From NCBI RefSeq assembly GCF_040938485.1, contig NW_027271324.1:682001-746000 (forward strand): a stretch of DNA of 64,000 nucleotides. The letters run 5' to 3'. Under the pieces are notes generated by a model, which did no database searches, was not told the DNA's origin, and saw only the letters and a program-made list of their open reading frames with translations. This DNA comes from Diadema antillarum. Lineage: Eukaryota. A program made the translations under genes and the position numbers. This document shows positions 36,435-50,192 of this stretch, piece after piece; positions within the stretch are counted from its first letter, which is position 1, and each line of letters begins with the position of its first letter.

Positions 36435-39277
36435 CTAGTCAAATTCCGGTCAGAACAAACGGATCAAGTGGCGTCTCCCCGCCTCTCGGGAATATTGATC
36501 AACCGCATCATTGCTACGCGGGACCAATGCCAGCTGACAACATAACGTGGTGTACGAAGAGCGATAGAATACGCAATGAAAATAATAGTCGTATCGACGA
36601 TGTCAATCAAGCAACGCTCAGTTTGTGTGGTGGATGGCACACGATTCGTTTTCTCATTAAAAAAAAACCGCTGGTGATTCAATAATCGTTTTTAAATCTG
36701 CAACAGGAATACGGACAGCAAAACACAAGACTTACACGTCTGGGCTTTTCAAGTACGTCATGTTTTGTAACGTTATCGTTGCGTTACACTGATGTAGATA
36801 GAAAAATTTCACGCCTAGCTGCGTTATGTAAAAATGTTTATATGATATGAGCTTTACCACCTACAAGACTGACATGGTATCACTATTCAAATTTGATGAC
36901 AGTGGGTGGAATATCTCATTCCTAATGTGTGTACTACTATATACTCAAATATTGCACTAAAACACTTAGCGTTCAAGAACATTTAAATTCATTCAAAATA
37001 ATCCAATGGCAAAGGATCTGCCTCTAAGAGGCTGATTAATGGCTACTGATTATAGTGCCGCTGGACGGCCAACGAGCAACAATTTTGTTCATTTCATCTC
37101 CGAGCAGAAGAGGAGAAGGGAGGGCGGCGATACCGTCGCCGAGAAGTTTACTCAGTAACATGATGATGATATCAGCGATCGATTAAAACAGGGTAGAAAC
37201 ACTGAATCAGCCCGTCGGGAATATGATCGAGAAAAAAAAGCGTGAAAATATTTTGACGACGAGCCCAATCAATACACGTAGAATTCTCGGGAAGATGCGT
37301 CCGCCTGTTTCCATCTTTATACGGAGGGGAGAACGCGGCAGCCTTTTTTTCCTGACTAGAAAGATGTGACGCACTTCTATCACCCGCAGGGTCTTTTGCA
37401 GATTTACGGTTCGGGAAAACACGCCTTCAAAAAAAAGAGAAGAAGAAGAAAAAAAGAACATGCTCCAGTGCAACTACTTTCCTGATAGTGGTAAATGGCA
37501 AGTGAGAGTTTCAGTGAGTGAGAGCTTGAAGGCACTCCGGCAAAGTCACCAATGTTGCAAAGGACAACAGAGAAGGGGGAGGCTATTCTATTCTTGGAAG
37601 GCAGACACTTATCGTTTCTAACTAATGACGGACCTTCATTGTGCCAATGTTTCCTAACGGAGAACATTTTTAACCCCTCATTTCTACCGAGGCTGGAAGG
37701 GATAGTTTACCAGTCTGACGCCAACGTGAGCCGACAAGTTCCAACGATATTTGTTGCAAAACCGCAGTGAGCTAGATCTTTAAACTTCGAAACACGACCA
37801 GGAAGAACGGAATCAAGAGGTTACACTGTGAGGATTTGACCGGACTAGAAAGAAAAAAATATACCGTGTACAAAATGTATCATAGTGTTTAGAAATCAGC
37901 AGTCATGTTTTCTTTATGAGACGTATAATATAAGTGTGTCCTAAAAGAGGGTATGCAATTTCACACTTGGACAGATGAACAATTTGAGAAGAAACTTGTG
38001 CGATTAAGTACCTTTCTTTGGAATGCTTATATAGTTTTCTTAGATTGAGATATCATTAAAAGAGAGAGAGAGAGAAAGAAGGGAGAAGTTGCTCTCTGAC
38101 AGGATTGGAACTAATGTACATATTTCAAAATTCAATTTCTGATTAGTCATTTATGAGAGGAGTTATTGAATTGACGGGGACGAATTATCTTTCTTCTGTT
38201 CCTGGTTTAATGTGGAGTGAGAATGCTGCTCTGGCATCACTCGAACAGTTCAAAGCCAGTGTTGTGTACATTTTTATGAATGATCACAGTATTTTCACTT
38301 CCAGCTTAATTGTAGAAAGTACAATTGCACGTGGCTTTTGGGTGATGGAAGAGAAACACATTTTTTTTTTCAAGAACGCCTAATTTTCGTGAGGATGCCT
38401 ATTTGCCAAACGATAACTTGAGATGATCTATAAATTACTTTGTTATAAGCAAAACATATCAACTTGTTCTCAGTAGGTCCTTTATGGATTCAAAATTTGA
38501 AGACTTAATACTACAGACGTTTCAGACTCAGACGATTTTTCTGTTTGTTTGGTTGTTTTTTTTTTTATTCAGACATGGTTAAATCTCTAAAAAGCATTAC
38601 GTTTTTTTCGAAAAGGTAAAAAAAATCATTTCTCGATTCAGGACACAAACAACAAATATGATATAAATTGAGTTGCTAGCATAATGTGTCTGATGTATCT
38701 CTTATTATGGGACCCAGCCCTTTTTCATCTCAATCTTTCTGTCTTGCATACTTGCTCCATTCATCTACGTTATCTCCATTTATTTCATCAGACATGATTG
38801 TGCAAGCTGCATCACACTTCACGGTACATTTTTCCGAAAACAAGAATGCGTCGGTGAAAAGTCACACGTTTCCGCGCGAAATCTGTGTCGATGGAAGCAT
38901 AACGTTTTGCCCCAAGTACTCCTTCCGTTAAATTGGCGTAAAATGTGTCAAGTTAGTAACTTAAATAGGTTGCGTCGATGTATTCATGAAATTGGGTTTA
39001 TTAGGTCACAATCTTACGTTGTTTCTTACGTTGATCTCTGAATGATGTTTTCTGCTTCTAAGTCAAATGCGTCGATTATCGCATCATCGATGAATGGTAA
39101 GTCTATAGGGTTGATGAGGTAGTGAGCTTTCATTAGAAAATTGCCGACAGAAACGACATATTCAACATTGCAATGAACAATCTCTTTAACCAACATATTT
39201 TTTTTTTCTTCCAAATTTACGCTTACGAAATTCTCCTACGTCGGAATGCCGATAGTCAAAAGTGAATGTTCAAGTAA

Positions 39278-39597
39278 AGGTGGTTTCTCACTCAGCGGCG
39301 AATGCATGCGAACGTAGCTTATTTCAGGTTTCTTCAGGGTTCGTTTACAGTTGCAGTAAACAGTTGCAATCAAATTCGCAAACAGTAATAATTTCCATTA
39401 TCGCAAACAGTTTTTCTTGTCGCAAAGAAATTTTGAACATATTCAAAATCTTTTTGTAACAAGAATAAAGTGTTTGCGAATTTAATTGCAAATGTTTGCT
39501 AACTTAATTGCAACTGTTTACGAACCCTGTCGAAACGTAAAATTAGTTACGTTCGCAAAACATTTGCAAACATTCGCCGCTCAGTGAGATAACCCCT
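39278..39597. mobile_element. Tourist/Harbinger-type fold-back MITE (~320 bp)
   Basis: AGGTGGTTTCTCACTCAGCGGCGAATG matches the reverse complement of the right end, AGGGGTTATCTCACTGAGCGGCGAATG. The interior is largely palindromic. TAA on the left, TAC on the right. Confidence 0.75.
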
Positions 39598-42500
39598 TAC
39601 TTGATACGAATTGACTGAACAGCCAGCCTCGCGTAAAATTTTGTTTGTTCTGTTTCACCCCCTTTTTTACGTTTTAGAGGTCTTTAAGTAATCACAAGAT
39701 TAAATCGGGGAAAGTAATAGTTTGCCTTCTTCTGTATAAAAAGAAAAGAAAAGAAAAAGGGCTTGAAATTATTTCTAACTTATTCTTTAATAGAAGTTTG
39801 ACGTTTGGTGTAACGACTGTGAGTCCTGTGGCCTACACTCGCGGCAAGGAATCCGTTCTGTGTTGGAATCGTTGAAAGGTTGGATGAAATAGTAAGGACT
39901 TTACAAATCTGTCTAATATGAGGTAAATATGACTGTCACTGACTGTGATGCAAGGCAATGAGCAACTTACTCAACCGGTTGATGATATTATCAACGACAC
40001 GACCAGTCATTCATATTTACTCTTCTCTCATTTATATTGAATCATCTATCAAATCTTACTGGAGCTTGGAAAGTATGCAGATATGTGCGAAGTTTGCCCA
40101 GTGTGACCAGTTACAAATGATGAAAATTATTTCACATTACCATCACAGTATTCCAAAATTGTGTGAATTAGTGGAAATAAATACTTTCTCCATTATTAGA
40201 TAAAACATATACTCAGTCAGTTTATGAGAGATAGCTTTATAGATAATATACCACTACAAGACAAAGATGTCACAAATGCAACATGTTTAAATAAGTGTCT
40301 TGACTTTATAGCATTTAACTGTAAACTGATATGTACCATATTTTATCAACGTATAACGAATGTAAATGTCCTCCACTGAGTGTGTATACGCTCTAGTTCT
40401 GTAAAAAGAGAAGTGTCGCGGAAACTTAATCATGAAATGTATAGTGCATGCCTGAAAATTGTCTACACAAATGTCAGTCAAAAGATGATTTAAGTATCTA
40501 TAAAGGATATTTTATATGGTATTTGCTGTTGTTTGTCATGGGGCGTTCATGATGTTTGACGAACGCCGTGACTTAACTGCATAGATTATGAGGTTAATGC
40601 TTCATCCTGAAAATTCACACTTCAATTTACCACGTAACTCGTACATCACGAGAGATGGATATTTTCGTGCTATGATAGAATTCTGGATACGCTCATGCTT
40701 TTCAAAGGAAAGGAGCGCTGCCCCAGTTACGGGTACCTTGTTTCTCCTTTATAGGGATAAAAGACGTCCCTATCTGCCAACACAACTCCTTGTTTTCACT
40801 TCTTCTTTTTTTTCCATTTTTTCAGTGTCTCGTGAATTGTTGACTGTTGTTATCAAAATTTATCCCCATTCCTGGTGCTTCAACTACCGTGGGGCTTATC
40901 AATACCGATGTGCAAAGACCTTGATAAACGAGACGTGTTGGGCGTATCGGGCTCGCTTTCTTGCGTGGCGGGGGTCAGTTAATATCCTCTGTTTGTGAAC
41001 AGTGTCATTTTGTATTCTGGACTTTCATAATCACTTCCGGGTCATTTTATTTTAGAATAATTCCTAATCTATCTAAATAATAGCTATCACTATGAGTAAT
41101 TGCCTTTTGGATGTAGATTGTATTACCGTGCATACTTCTTCTGTACAACTCAGTGTATCAAACTAGGTTTTGTCCTGAAACAATACTGGCTGCCCCATTA
41201 TTGAAAGATGAATGCATTTGTGATTTAATGAACGATGAATAATCTAAGCGTAGAGCAGGTTCTTGAGTCAGTTGTTTCCTTAAAGATCGGCTGACGTGAA
41301 AACTGCGGTAAAATTCTTACATTAGGGTTTGTATGTGCTTCGCAGCGGCGCAGCAATTTCCAACTTTGTTGGTTGATATTCTTTGTCATGTTTGTACAGG
41401 CTCCACAGGGAGAATCATTATGCGCTGATATCTTGGGTTATCCATCAAATGGTAGACACCTCTAGCGGACCAAGCAGGACAATTTTTGGAAACTAGATAT
41501 TCTACAAATGTCACTGCCTTCAAGAAAATAAGACATTGAATGGCACAGCTATATACAACGTAGCATTCACACACAGGCCGGTTGTGTGTCGGGGGTCCCA
41601 GGAGGTTTCTGTGCATGATCTGCGCGGCAGAGTGCAGGCAACTTTGATCAAATGCATCGAAGTGTGAAGCCATTGCTTCGAATTCTGTTTCTTTCTCCCC
41701 ACAGATTGACATAATGACCGGAGATGCAATTCCGAAAGCGGAATAAGTTGGTTTCAAGATAAACACTGTGAACTCTGTTGTTGGTGATTGTCTGTGAAAA
41801 TCAGGTCACAGCACTGAAAATGATCAACTCGTCGTTTTCAAATATTATGTCATTGATCATTTTGAGGTGACTATGGCGTCACTAGAATTACGACACAAAT
41901 GATCGAACATTACTTCAATCTCTCTGTGCATAAATAGTTCTTCGTGTAGTTGATAGTGCATGCATGCAGTTCTAAAGTGAACATTGAGACAAAGTGTGTC
42001 ATATTTTCTTTTTGATTTGGTAAATAAAAAAACAAATACTGCCACAATTGGCTGATTCATTTGATTAGACATTTTTGCTTTCCTGTGTCTTAGTGTCCGA
42101 TATTATCATCTTAAGCATGTTAAGTGTCAAATGAGCTAAGTTGTTTAAGATTTTTTCGAATGTAGTTTGTGAACAACCTTTCCATATCTAGCAAATGTAC
42201 CTAGTCTGATAAGTGGATCACTTACTAATGTTCAGCACGTTTTAATGATCAAGAAAAAGCTCTCCGCAGTTTTTCAGAATCTTCTCTGCTTAGATTTGCA
42301 TGTTTGCTTAAATTGAAAGCAGGGAATATAAAGAACAATATCGAAAAAGTGATAGTTGGATATATTGTGTGTGTTTACAGATCTGAACATAGTCTGAGCC
42401 CTTTCTCGTCACGCATGTTTAGGTTTCGTAGGACGTGCCTCAGGTATGTGACAGTTCAAAGTTTTAACCAAACAGCTGTTTGTACAATATCAAAGTCAGC

Positions 42501-44771
42501 AAATGATCCCTTGAAGTGCTTCAGTGGAAAAAAAAAGTTTAAAGGAGAACATTTTGTACAAGAATGGCCTGCAGATTTAAGTGTCCGATTCGACTTTGAT
42601 AAATTGAGTAATAAAAGACAATAGAGAATGGGAGAAAAATGTAACTTCAAATAAAGACAAATGAGAAGGTCGCTGAATGGTCCATTCCTTTCAAGATTCC
42701 ACCGAGGTAATATTTGTCGCACGGCATGAACTCGCACATAAACCAATTATTTAAGGGATTGATGTCATGAAGTCACAATTCTCCCATTTGTTTTGTGCGC
42801 AACGAAATCAGCAAAACATCATGTATTTCATATGTAATTGAGTAACTATAACTCGTTCGGTCTGAAAAGGATAATATCAATCACTACGACACTGCAACAT
42901 CAAATCTTTCATGAAGGATACATTTCTTTCAGCTTTTATTTCATGACGAAAAGCTACTGGAGACTTGTGTATGTAAGTCACCGAAAGACTGTAAGATGAT
43001 AAAATTATCGCCTCATGTAATTTGCACATTGTATTTGCCACTTGTATAACTGTTTCGAGAAAGTATGAGCCATTTTAGATTCCATAACTTCGTATGCTAA
43101 GTACGATTTTGATGAAGCATTTACTCTTTAGTTGGTTTTATTTGATCTGCTGAAGCAAACTTGAACAAAATGTGGGAATTGCTCATCAGTTTTCAAGTTT
43201 GATGACAAAGACAGGCTTATGATGGCAGACATATGGAAATATCGTTGTAGCCATGTCATGCATGTGGCGCATTGGATTCAGCATAAATTTCTGTTTTGCA
43301 AGGTTAAAAAGATCGAATTGAAAATAATCTGTATTCCTTCTTTTCTTCGCGAGCGAACGCAAGACTTGAGGTAAATGGCCCTCAGGCTGTCCATACAATT
43401 CATCAAATATTCTCTTGATCTTTAACCTTCATTGGCTGGTTGCCAATTTGTAATCCTGATATTCTAAAGTCCCCTCGAAGGCGAATCGATATATAATATC
43501 ATCTGGGCCATCATAGCCCAGCAGTGCTGAAATTGATGATACATGTATTGTTTTTTATTAAACCGTGACAACCAGACGCTCGTCAGAGAAGGGAATGAAA
43601 GAAGTCAGTGCATTCTGGGGCTCGTCGATGATATTGATTACTCCCATCTGATGATCTTCCACAAATGGATTAGCATTTTTGTGGGACAGAGCGTTTGAAA
43701 CAAGTGTCCCTCTACGCAAAGAGATTGACCCTATACTTCAAAATGAAAGAGGAAATAGAATTGAAGAAGTTTTGTGGGTCACCATTAATGGCCGGCTCTT
43801 AACTCGGCCGCGGAATAAATCGAACCGTTTCACTTACTCGTTGTGAGCTTTCCAATAGTAAAAACAGATGACAGTATTATTCATCCCGTTTTGACTACAA
43901 CTTCATCCATTCAAATGTATAAATCCCTGTGTAACGAGCACAAACAAACAAACAAACAAGCAAGCAAGCAACAAAACTGTTCATAAGGTAAAGTAAGTTA
44001 AGATTCATATCATTAAACACGAACCTTGAAGAGATTGAATGTTCAAGACTATACACAGCGATTGTTAAGGTTATGTCACAGATGAGAGAGAGAGAGAGAG
44101 AGAAAAAAAAAACTCCAATCAAAAGTTCACTCACGTATTCCTAATCTGTGATTCATTGTATCCGACGTATCGTGTTGCAGAATCTCGTGGTTATATTTCG
44201 GCTCCCTTTAGTGGTAACGCGATAGAAATTTCAGTTTCCCCGTCTCTTTTCGCTCTCTCATCTTTCTAACACGAGCCAGCTGACATGGTGCCTGGACATT
44301 TAAGTCCTTTCCTGCAAAAGCTTTCATCTTGTGCGAATCATACGCAAAAATATGTCAAGAATTCTTCAGTTCAAAAAGGAAACACGTGTGTTTGGGGCAT
44401 AATTTATATCATTTCAGTAATAATGTACAAAATTACACAATATCATTATTATCATCCATAATATCATTTTTGTTATATTCGCTTGTTCTATTAGTGTCCT
44501 TTCTTCACAACATTAAACTGTAAAAGTGTGGATGGCTTTTCCTTCAATTCCGAAACTGTCCATTTTTCTTATCGAGCCACAAAGATGATAAAGCACCGAT
44601 GGAAATTAATTAGTGTTGATGTTTACCCCCTTATGACTTATGGTGGTATTTTATACTGCTTTAACTCTACATACCATATAACATCATTTCGACGGTTAAA
44701 CAAATATCATCTTCGATGAAAAGAATCTCTCTCCATTTTGTAATTCCGGAATTCTGGTGGGGCAGGGGGAA

Positions 44772-44883
44772 CTAAATCAAATCAAATCAACTCAAAACAA
44801 ATCAAATCAAATCAAATCAAATCAAATCAAATCAAATCAAATCAAATCAAATCAAATCAAATCAAATCAAATCAAATCAAATC
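44772..44883. repeat. (AAATC)n microsatellite
   Basis: About 22 units. Confidence 0.95.
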
Positions 44884-46289
44884 GATGCCACGCTGTTTAC
44901 ACTGAAATTGATTATAATGTCATTTGCATCTTTCCGCTTTATTGTATACTACTGTTATCGTTACTTGCGTCCGCTTACAAGCACACAGGTCAATTTTGTA
45001 GCAGCCGACGTGGAGACACTTGACGCTTACGTGGCAGCTATAATAGAGACATGGGATGCATCAACGAGCGATGGGGTATGGCCAATGGAGCGAAAAGACG
45101 ACAGAGGCGTGTAACAGACCATGATCTATCTTTAACTGTATTGCTTCACAATTACTTTAACGTTCTCCGCCTTGCTCGTAATGGCGTATTGTACTTTCAG
45201 CATCCCTAAGTGGTCGGCAAAGTAGCCGAGGGATGCTATATCGAATAATAACGAGGCACTCTGCGTATGACCGCACTTAGCCAATAAGCAAACCCGGTTC
45301 CTCTGTAACCCATTCAATATGAACAGACAGACAGGGAAAGAGGGTGACGAAGTGAAACAGGGGAAAGGGATCATGAAGAGGAATAAGGCAAGGTAAAAGA
45401 GACAAAAAGATGCAGAGAGAACTGACAAGATGTGGTCATGACGACAGCGATACCTGTGAAACATCAAAGACTTTATTCACATTAATTTGATACACATAGA
45501 AATTGATGACTTTAGGACAAAAAACGAAGCTTAAAAAAACGACAACGTAGCAGCAACACACGATACTTGAGTTTCCATGTCTTCGCCAACAACATTTTAC
45601 GATCAATGGTCTCACAAACTTTTAGTTGTATAATGTTGCCATTGCCTCCTTGCTCGCAAAGTAACTTGAGGAACCAATCAGTCATCATCGGGGCCTGAAC
45701 CGAATCTGGTTCCGTTCAGCGGACCGACTTCTCCTGGCGCAGAGGGGCGAACCGTGCGAATGGTATCAACATCGAGCAGGTGGCATCCACGATAGGTCAA
45801 CCCATCGTCTGCGCAAAGAGAAGTGTAGGATGTGTCATTCGGAGGCAATGGGTTAATGATTGGATCAGTGTCTCCCCCTACCCGATGGCTCTTTAAAAAA
45901 CACTCCTATTCATCTCAACATATTCCCTCTCCCGTCCTGTTTCGAATGTCCCTCTATTACCCTTACCGTCACGGTGATTTCATTTGCCTGATGAATCTAC
46001 GCTCTGTTTGTGCCGGCACTTCTTCTTTTTTTCCCCCGTGGATCCAACGATGACAAGGTTGAGGGTATTTTTAGAATAGCGACTAGTGAGATGGAAATCT
46101 ATTGTCGAGTGTTACTAGGATCTTCCTGTCCCAACACCCGTTGCAATGAGACATTCATAAGACATTCATAGTCGGAATGCATCAAATCTTTTACCTTTCT
46201 GAAAAAAAAAAAAAAAAACATAGCGAGCTTTTAATATCCCTGCAGATTTTTTCACCATTCGCCATTGAAGGATTGTACGTGTGTGTATG

Positions 46290-46358
<69 letters not shown>

Positions 46359-47264
46359 GTATGTATATGTGTATGCGTGTCCCTTTTTGGATCCCAAGGA
46401 GAATGAGCCAATTTCCCAACCTTGTGTTATTATATGCTAGTTTTACCTTGCTTTATATTTCCCCTTCACGCGGTACCAGAGCTGTTTGGCACATGTTAAT
46501 GAGATTTCATTCAAAAATGGTTTTTATCTAAATACAATTGTCCACAGACATCCTCGGAACTGAGATACAAAAAAAAATACCGAAGGAAATAATAAATAAA
46601 ATGATATTAGTGTGAATTTCAACATATGGTGTAACCAAAGTGACGGACTAAATTCCGTTTCAATCAATCGTGTATTAATTGATCGCTTTAAGCAGATAAT
46701 TGCATAGTGACAATAGAAATAGATTTGTGTCTACCCATTATGCTGAAAATCCACAAACACAGTTTTACCAAGATTCAAGACCAATCATAATGAACTTAAG
46801 AATATTGTTTATACAAATGATCCATTGATTGACTTGAATTAGACTTATTTCATTAAATTCAATCAATAATTAAATGGGGTACATAAAAAAGGGAAAAAAT
46901 GTAAACGTGCATCAGTTGAGTAAGCGCATGAAAGAATATAATGGGAACTGTGAAAGACGAATGTGTACGTATGTGTGTGTGTGTGTTTCTGCATTTGTCT
47001 CGGTAGGTATTCAAGATTATTGGTGTCCGTCAATGCAATCTTGGTGTGTATACATACACAGTTGTATGCAAATAAGTTATATACTTATGTATCCATAATG
47101 TGTAGATGTGTAAATATCCCACTTTTGATCCTTAGTTCGAAATCTATATATCAGATAACACTGACATTAATATGAGCAATAGCTGAATAGTGTACAATTT
47201 TGTTGGAGGTAATTTAAAAATGAAAGCATAAATCTGTTTCATTATTCAAGATTTCTTTTTTAAT

Positions 47265-47740
47265 CAGGGTTCAGATTTTGCTCTATTTTCAACCCTCTGT
47301 AACAAAACTTCAACTTTGTACAGGGGTCAATTGGTGTGTATGGGAGTGTGACAATGGTCCTGAACAATGGCTAGGATTTGAATGCTCTATTACATATTCA
47401 TGAGAAATTCCACTATCACATCTAGTCTTTATCTATCCTGAAATGTAGTGTATGACATGTGCTTGCATTTTTTTCTTGTACATGCATTTTACCCTTTACC
47501 ATGAATTCAGACTAGCAGTGCCCAGGGCAATCCATCATGAATTACTAATAAAGCATTCATGTGCCCTGGAGTAAGAGACCAGAAGCCTAGTCAACAGAGC
47601 TCTGAATTGGTGCTATTCGTGGTATGCATGTATATCGTTCAGGGTCGTTGTAAGCACACACACTCACATACGCATCATTGGTTCCTGTGTAAAGTTTAAT
47701 TTTGTACAGAGGGTTCGAATTTGTCCAAACTCTGGAAATT
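47265..47740. mobile_element. Degenerate MITE with ~50-bp imperfect inverted ends
   Basis: AACCCTCTGTAACAAAACTTCAACTTTGTACAGG matches the reverse complement of CCTGTGTAAAGTTTAATTTTGTACAGAGGGTT. Confidence 0.5.
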
Positions 47741-48251
47741 AACTTTAAAATTAATCATGGAATTAATGAAACTGTTTCATGCTTTCATATTCAAAATACC
47801 TCAAACTAGAGAGGGGCCGTCAAAGGCGGCAGACCCACGCCTAAGTACAAAGTCGGGGTAAACATAATGTGCATTCGGTCATCTACCAGAATTCGGCCAC
47901 TTAATTGCCAGTGTGCTTTATCACCAGCCAGTGAGTTCTACCAAAGATCGTACACTGAAGTGTACGATCTTTGGTTCTACAGTCACATCACACGCAAATC
48001 ACATAATTACACATACGGTATTAACACTCATTCACGTACAGGAAAGTCCTTAAGTCTCCTCCAAAAATCCATCGAAAATCCCAAATTCCACCGTCAAAAG
48101 TGCAGAATCGGAACTTTTCCAAGCGCGCGCGAATTAAGTCCAGTTTTAAGAGTATTGTCTACGCGACGGGTCGCGGAAAAAGCGCTAAAAATCGAGAAAT
48201 ACGCCGTTTTCTTGCGGGATATTTTGATTATAGCAAGCCGAGAGTGTGATG

Positions 48252-48934
48252 ATATCAAAGGTCGTATGAGTGTACGATCTTTGATGGTATCCACAAAAGC
48301 AAAAAAGAAAAACAAAATTTACGTACCCCCTAGGCAATTACCCCTATGATTAGTGTCTACGGGAATTATTCAATGCAAGGGTTGAATGCAAATGTCTACT
48401 GCACCAGTATTCGGCCACCAACGAGCGCCGCAACGTCCCCGGTGCAATTTTGCACCAACAGTGTAGAGCGCGATGCATTTTCAGCGGCCTTGCACACGCA
48501 TTGACATTGAGCACGCATATCGTGCAGTGTGACTGCGACCGAGCAAAATGCTCCTCCAACGAAAAAAACAATCAATGTTAATTTGAAAAATCATCAAATA
48601 TCAAAGGTCGTATGAGTGTACGATCTTTGATGGTAGCAAAAAAGAAAAACAAAATTTACGTACCCCCTAGGCAATTACCCCTATGATTAGTGTCTACGGG
48701 AATTATTCAATGCAAGGGTTGAATGCAAATGTCTACTGCACCAGTATTCGGCCACCAACGAGCGCCGCAACGTCCCCGGTGCAATTTTGCACCAACAGTG
48801 TAGAGCGCGATGCATTTTCAGCGGCCTTGCACACGCATTGACATTGAGCACGCATATCGTGCAGTGTGACTGCGACCGAGCAAAATGCTCCTCCAACGAA
48901 AAAAACAATCAATGTTAATTTGAAAAATCATCAA
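48252..48934. repeat. Near-perfect tandem duplication (346/337 bp)
   Basis: Units 48252-48597 and 48598-48934. Identical 73-aa chance ORFs lie 337 bp apart, and the units differ by a 9-bp indel (TCCACAAAA). Confidence 0.9.
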
Positions 48935-49074
48935 AATACGGGCCAGTTTGTGATGACGGAGAACGAACTTTCATAAATCTAGAAGGACATAGTCCCTCAA
49001 ATAGGCCTAAACGTAAATTTCGGAATTCTTACGAACATTTGAGCAGCGAAGTCGGATCGTCGGGGAGTTTATGT

Positions 49075-49425
49075 CTTCGTATGGTAGCGGAAAATCGCAA
49101 AGTGAGAAACGGGAAATTTTCGGAATGGTCACTATACCATGGGGTCAAAACTTCAAGGTCACACAGAATTTGCAAGGGTCAACCGATTATCACCAAAATC
49201 TAATCGATTCTTTCCTGTCATTATCCAAACATTCCCTGAACATTTCGTGCAAATCCGTTTACCCGTTCTCTTGTTATCTTGTACACAAACAAACAAACAA
49301 ACAAACAAACAAACAAACAAACAAACAAACAAACAAAAAAACAAACAAACAAACAAACAAACAAACAAACATACGGAACCCTTTACATAACCCCCTGCCG
49401 ATTTTCATCGGCGTGGGTAACTAAA
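49075..49425 (-). mobile_element. HINE/DINE-1-like element with (TTTG)n microsatellite
   Basis: Minus strand starts TTAGTTACCCACGCCGATGAAAATCGGC (hairpin GCCGAT..ATCGGC), then (TTTG)n at 49286-49370, then a core ending TGACC-rich. Confidence 0.6.
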
Positions 49426-50148
49426 TTTTACACTATTCAACTATAATTCATATCAATATGGCAGTGTCATCTGATGTAAAGTTTTCGAACTATTAAGGAT
49501 CAAAAGTAGGAAATGTTCTTTATAACACCTAGTACAAACGTACTAACGTATTATATATGGGTGTGTGTAGGGGGTGATAAGTAGGATTTCAGCCTTTAAA
49601 GGAGAGAGAGGGGAAAAAAGTTCAAAAACACTATGTGTCATTTGGCTTTCGAGAGACTCAGCGTGTGGACACTTTGAGTGAGCATTTTATGCGAGAGATT
49701 GGTAGAGAACTATGCATGAGCTATATGTCAATATAGAAGAGAAATGTGGTTGTGTGTATGTTTCTGATTGTATGTTTATCTGTGAATCAGTGTTTCAGTT
49801 GTTATATGTCAAAGGAAGCAAGCAATGTTATCTATTTACCAAAAATAGTTTTTTCTTAAGGTGATTATATCACTTTATAGTCCTCAATCAATTTTATTAT
49901 TTCGTTAAAAAACCCAAATGTCCAATTTTGAATTTTGAATTTTTCATAGTCTTCCCCTTTTAAGAACAATCTTAAAAATATTCAACAATGTCAACGACAG
50001 AATTGATTGGCATTTTAATGCATTCGTTCATCGACTTTATTGCAGATGCTGATACCAACTTGATGGAAATTCCATGTGTCTAGTGTAAGATATACTGTTA
50101 TAGAGAGACAATTAAAAATTAAATTGATACAGCTTGTCAAATATATAT

Positions 50149-50192
<44 letters not shown>

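Noticed and set aside
41386-45467. Isolated ORFs or exon-like pieces (41386-41766, 45002-45114, 45132-45467)
   Set aside because: No recognisable domains and no consistent splice chain could be built.
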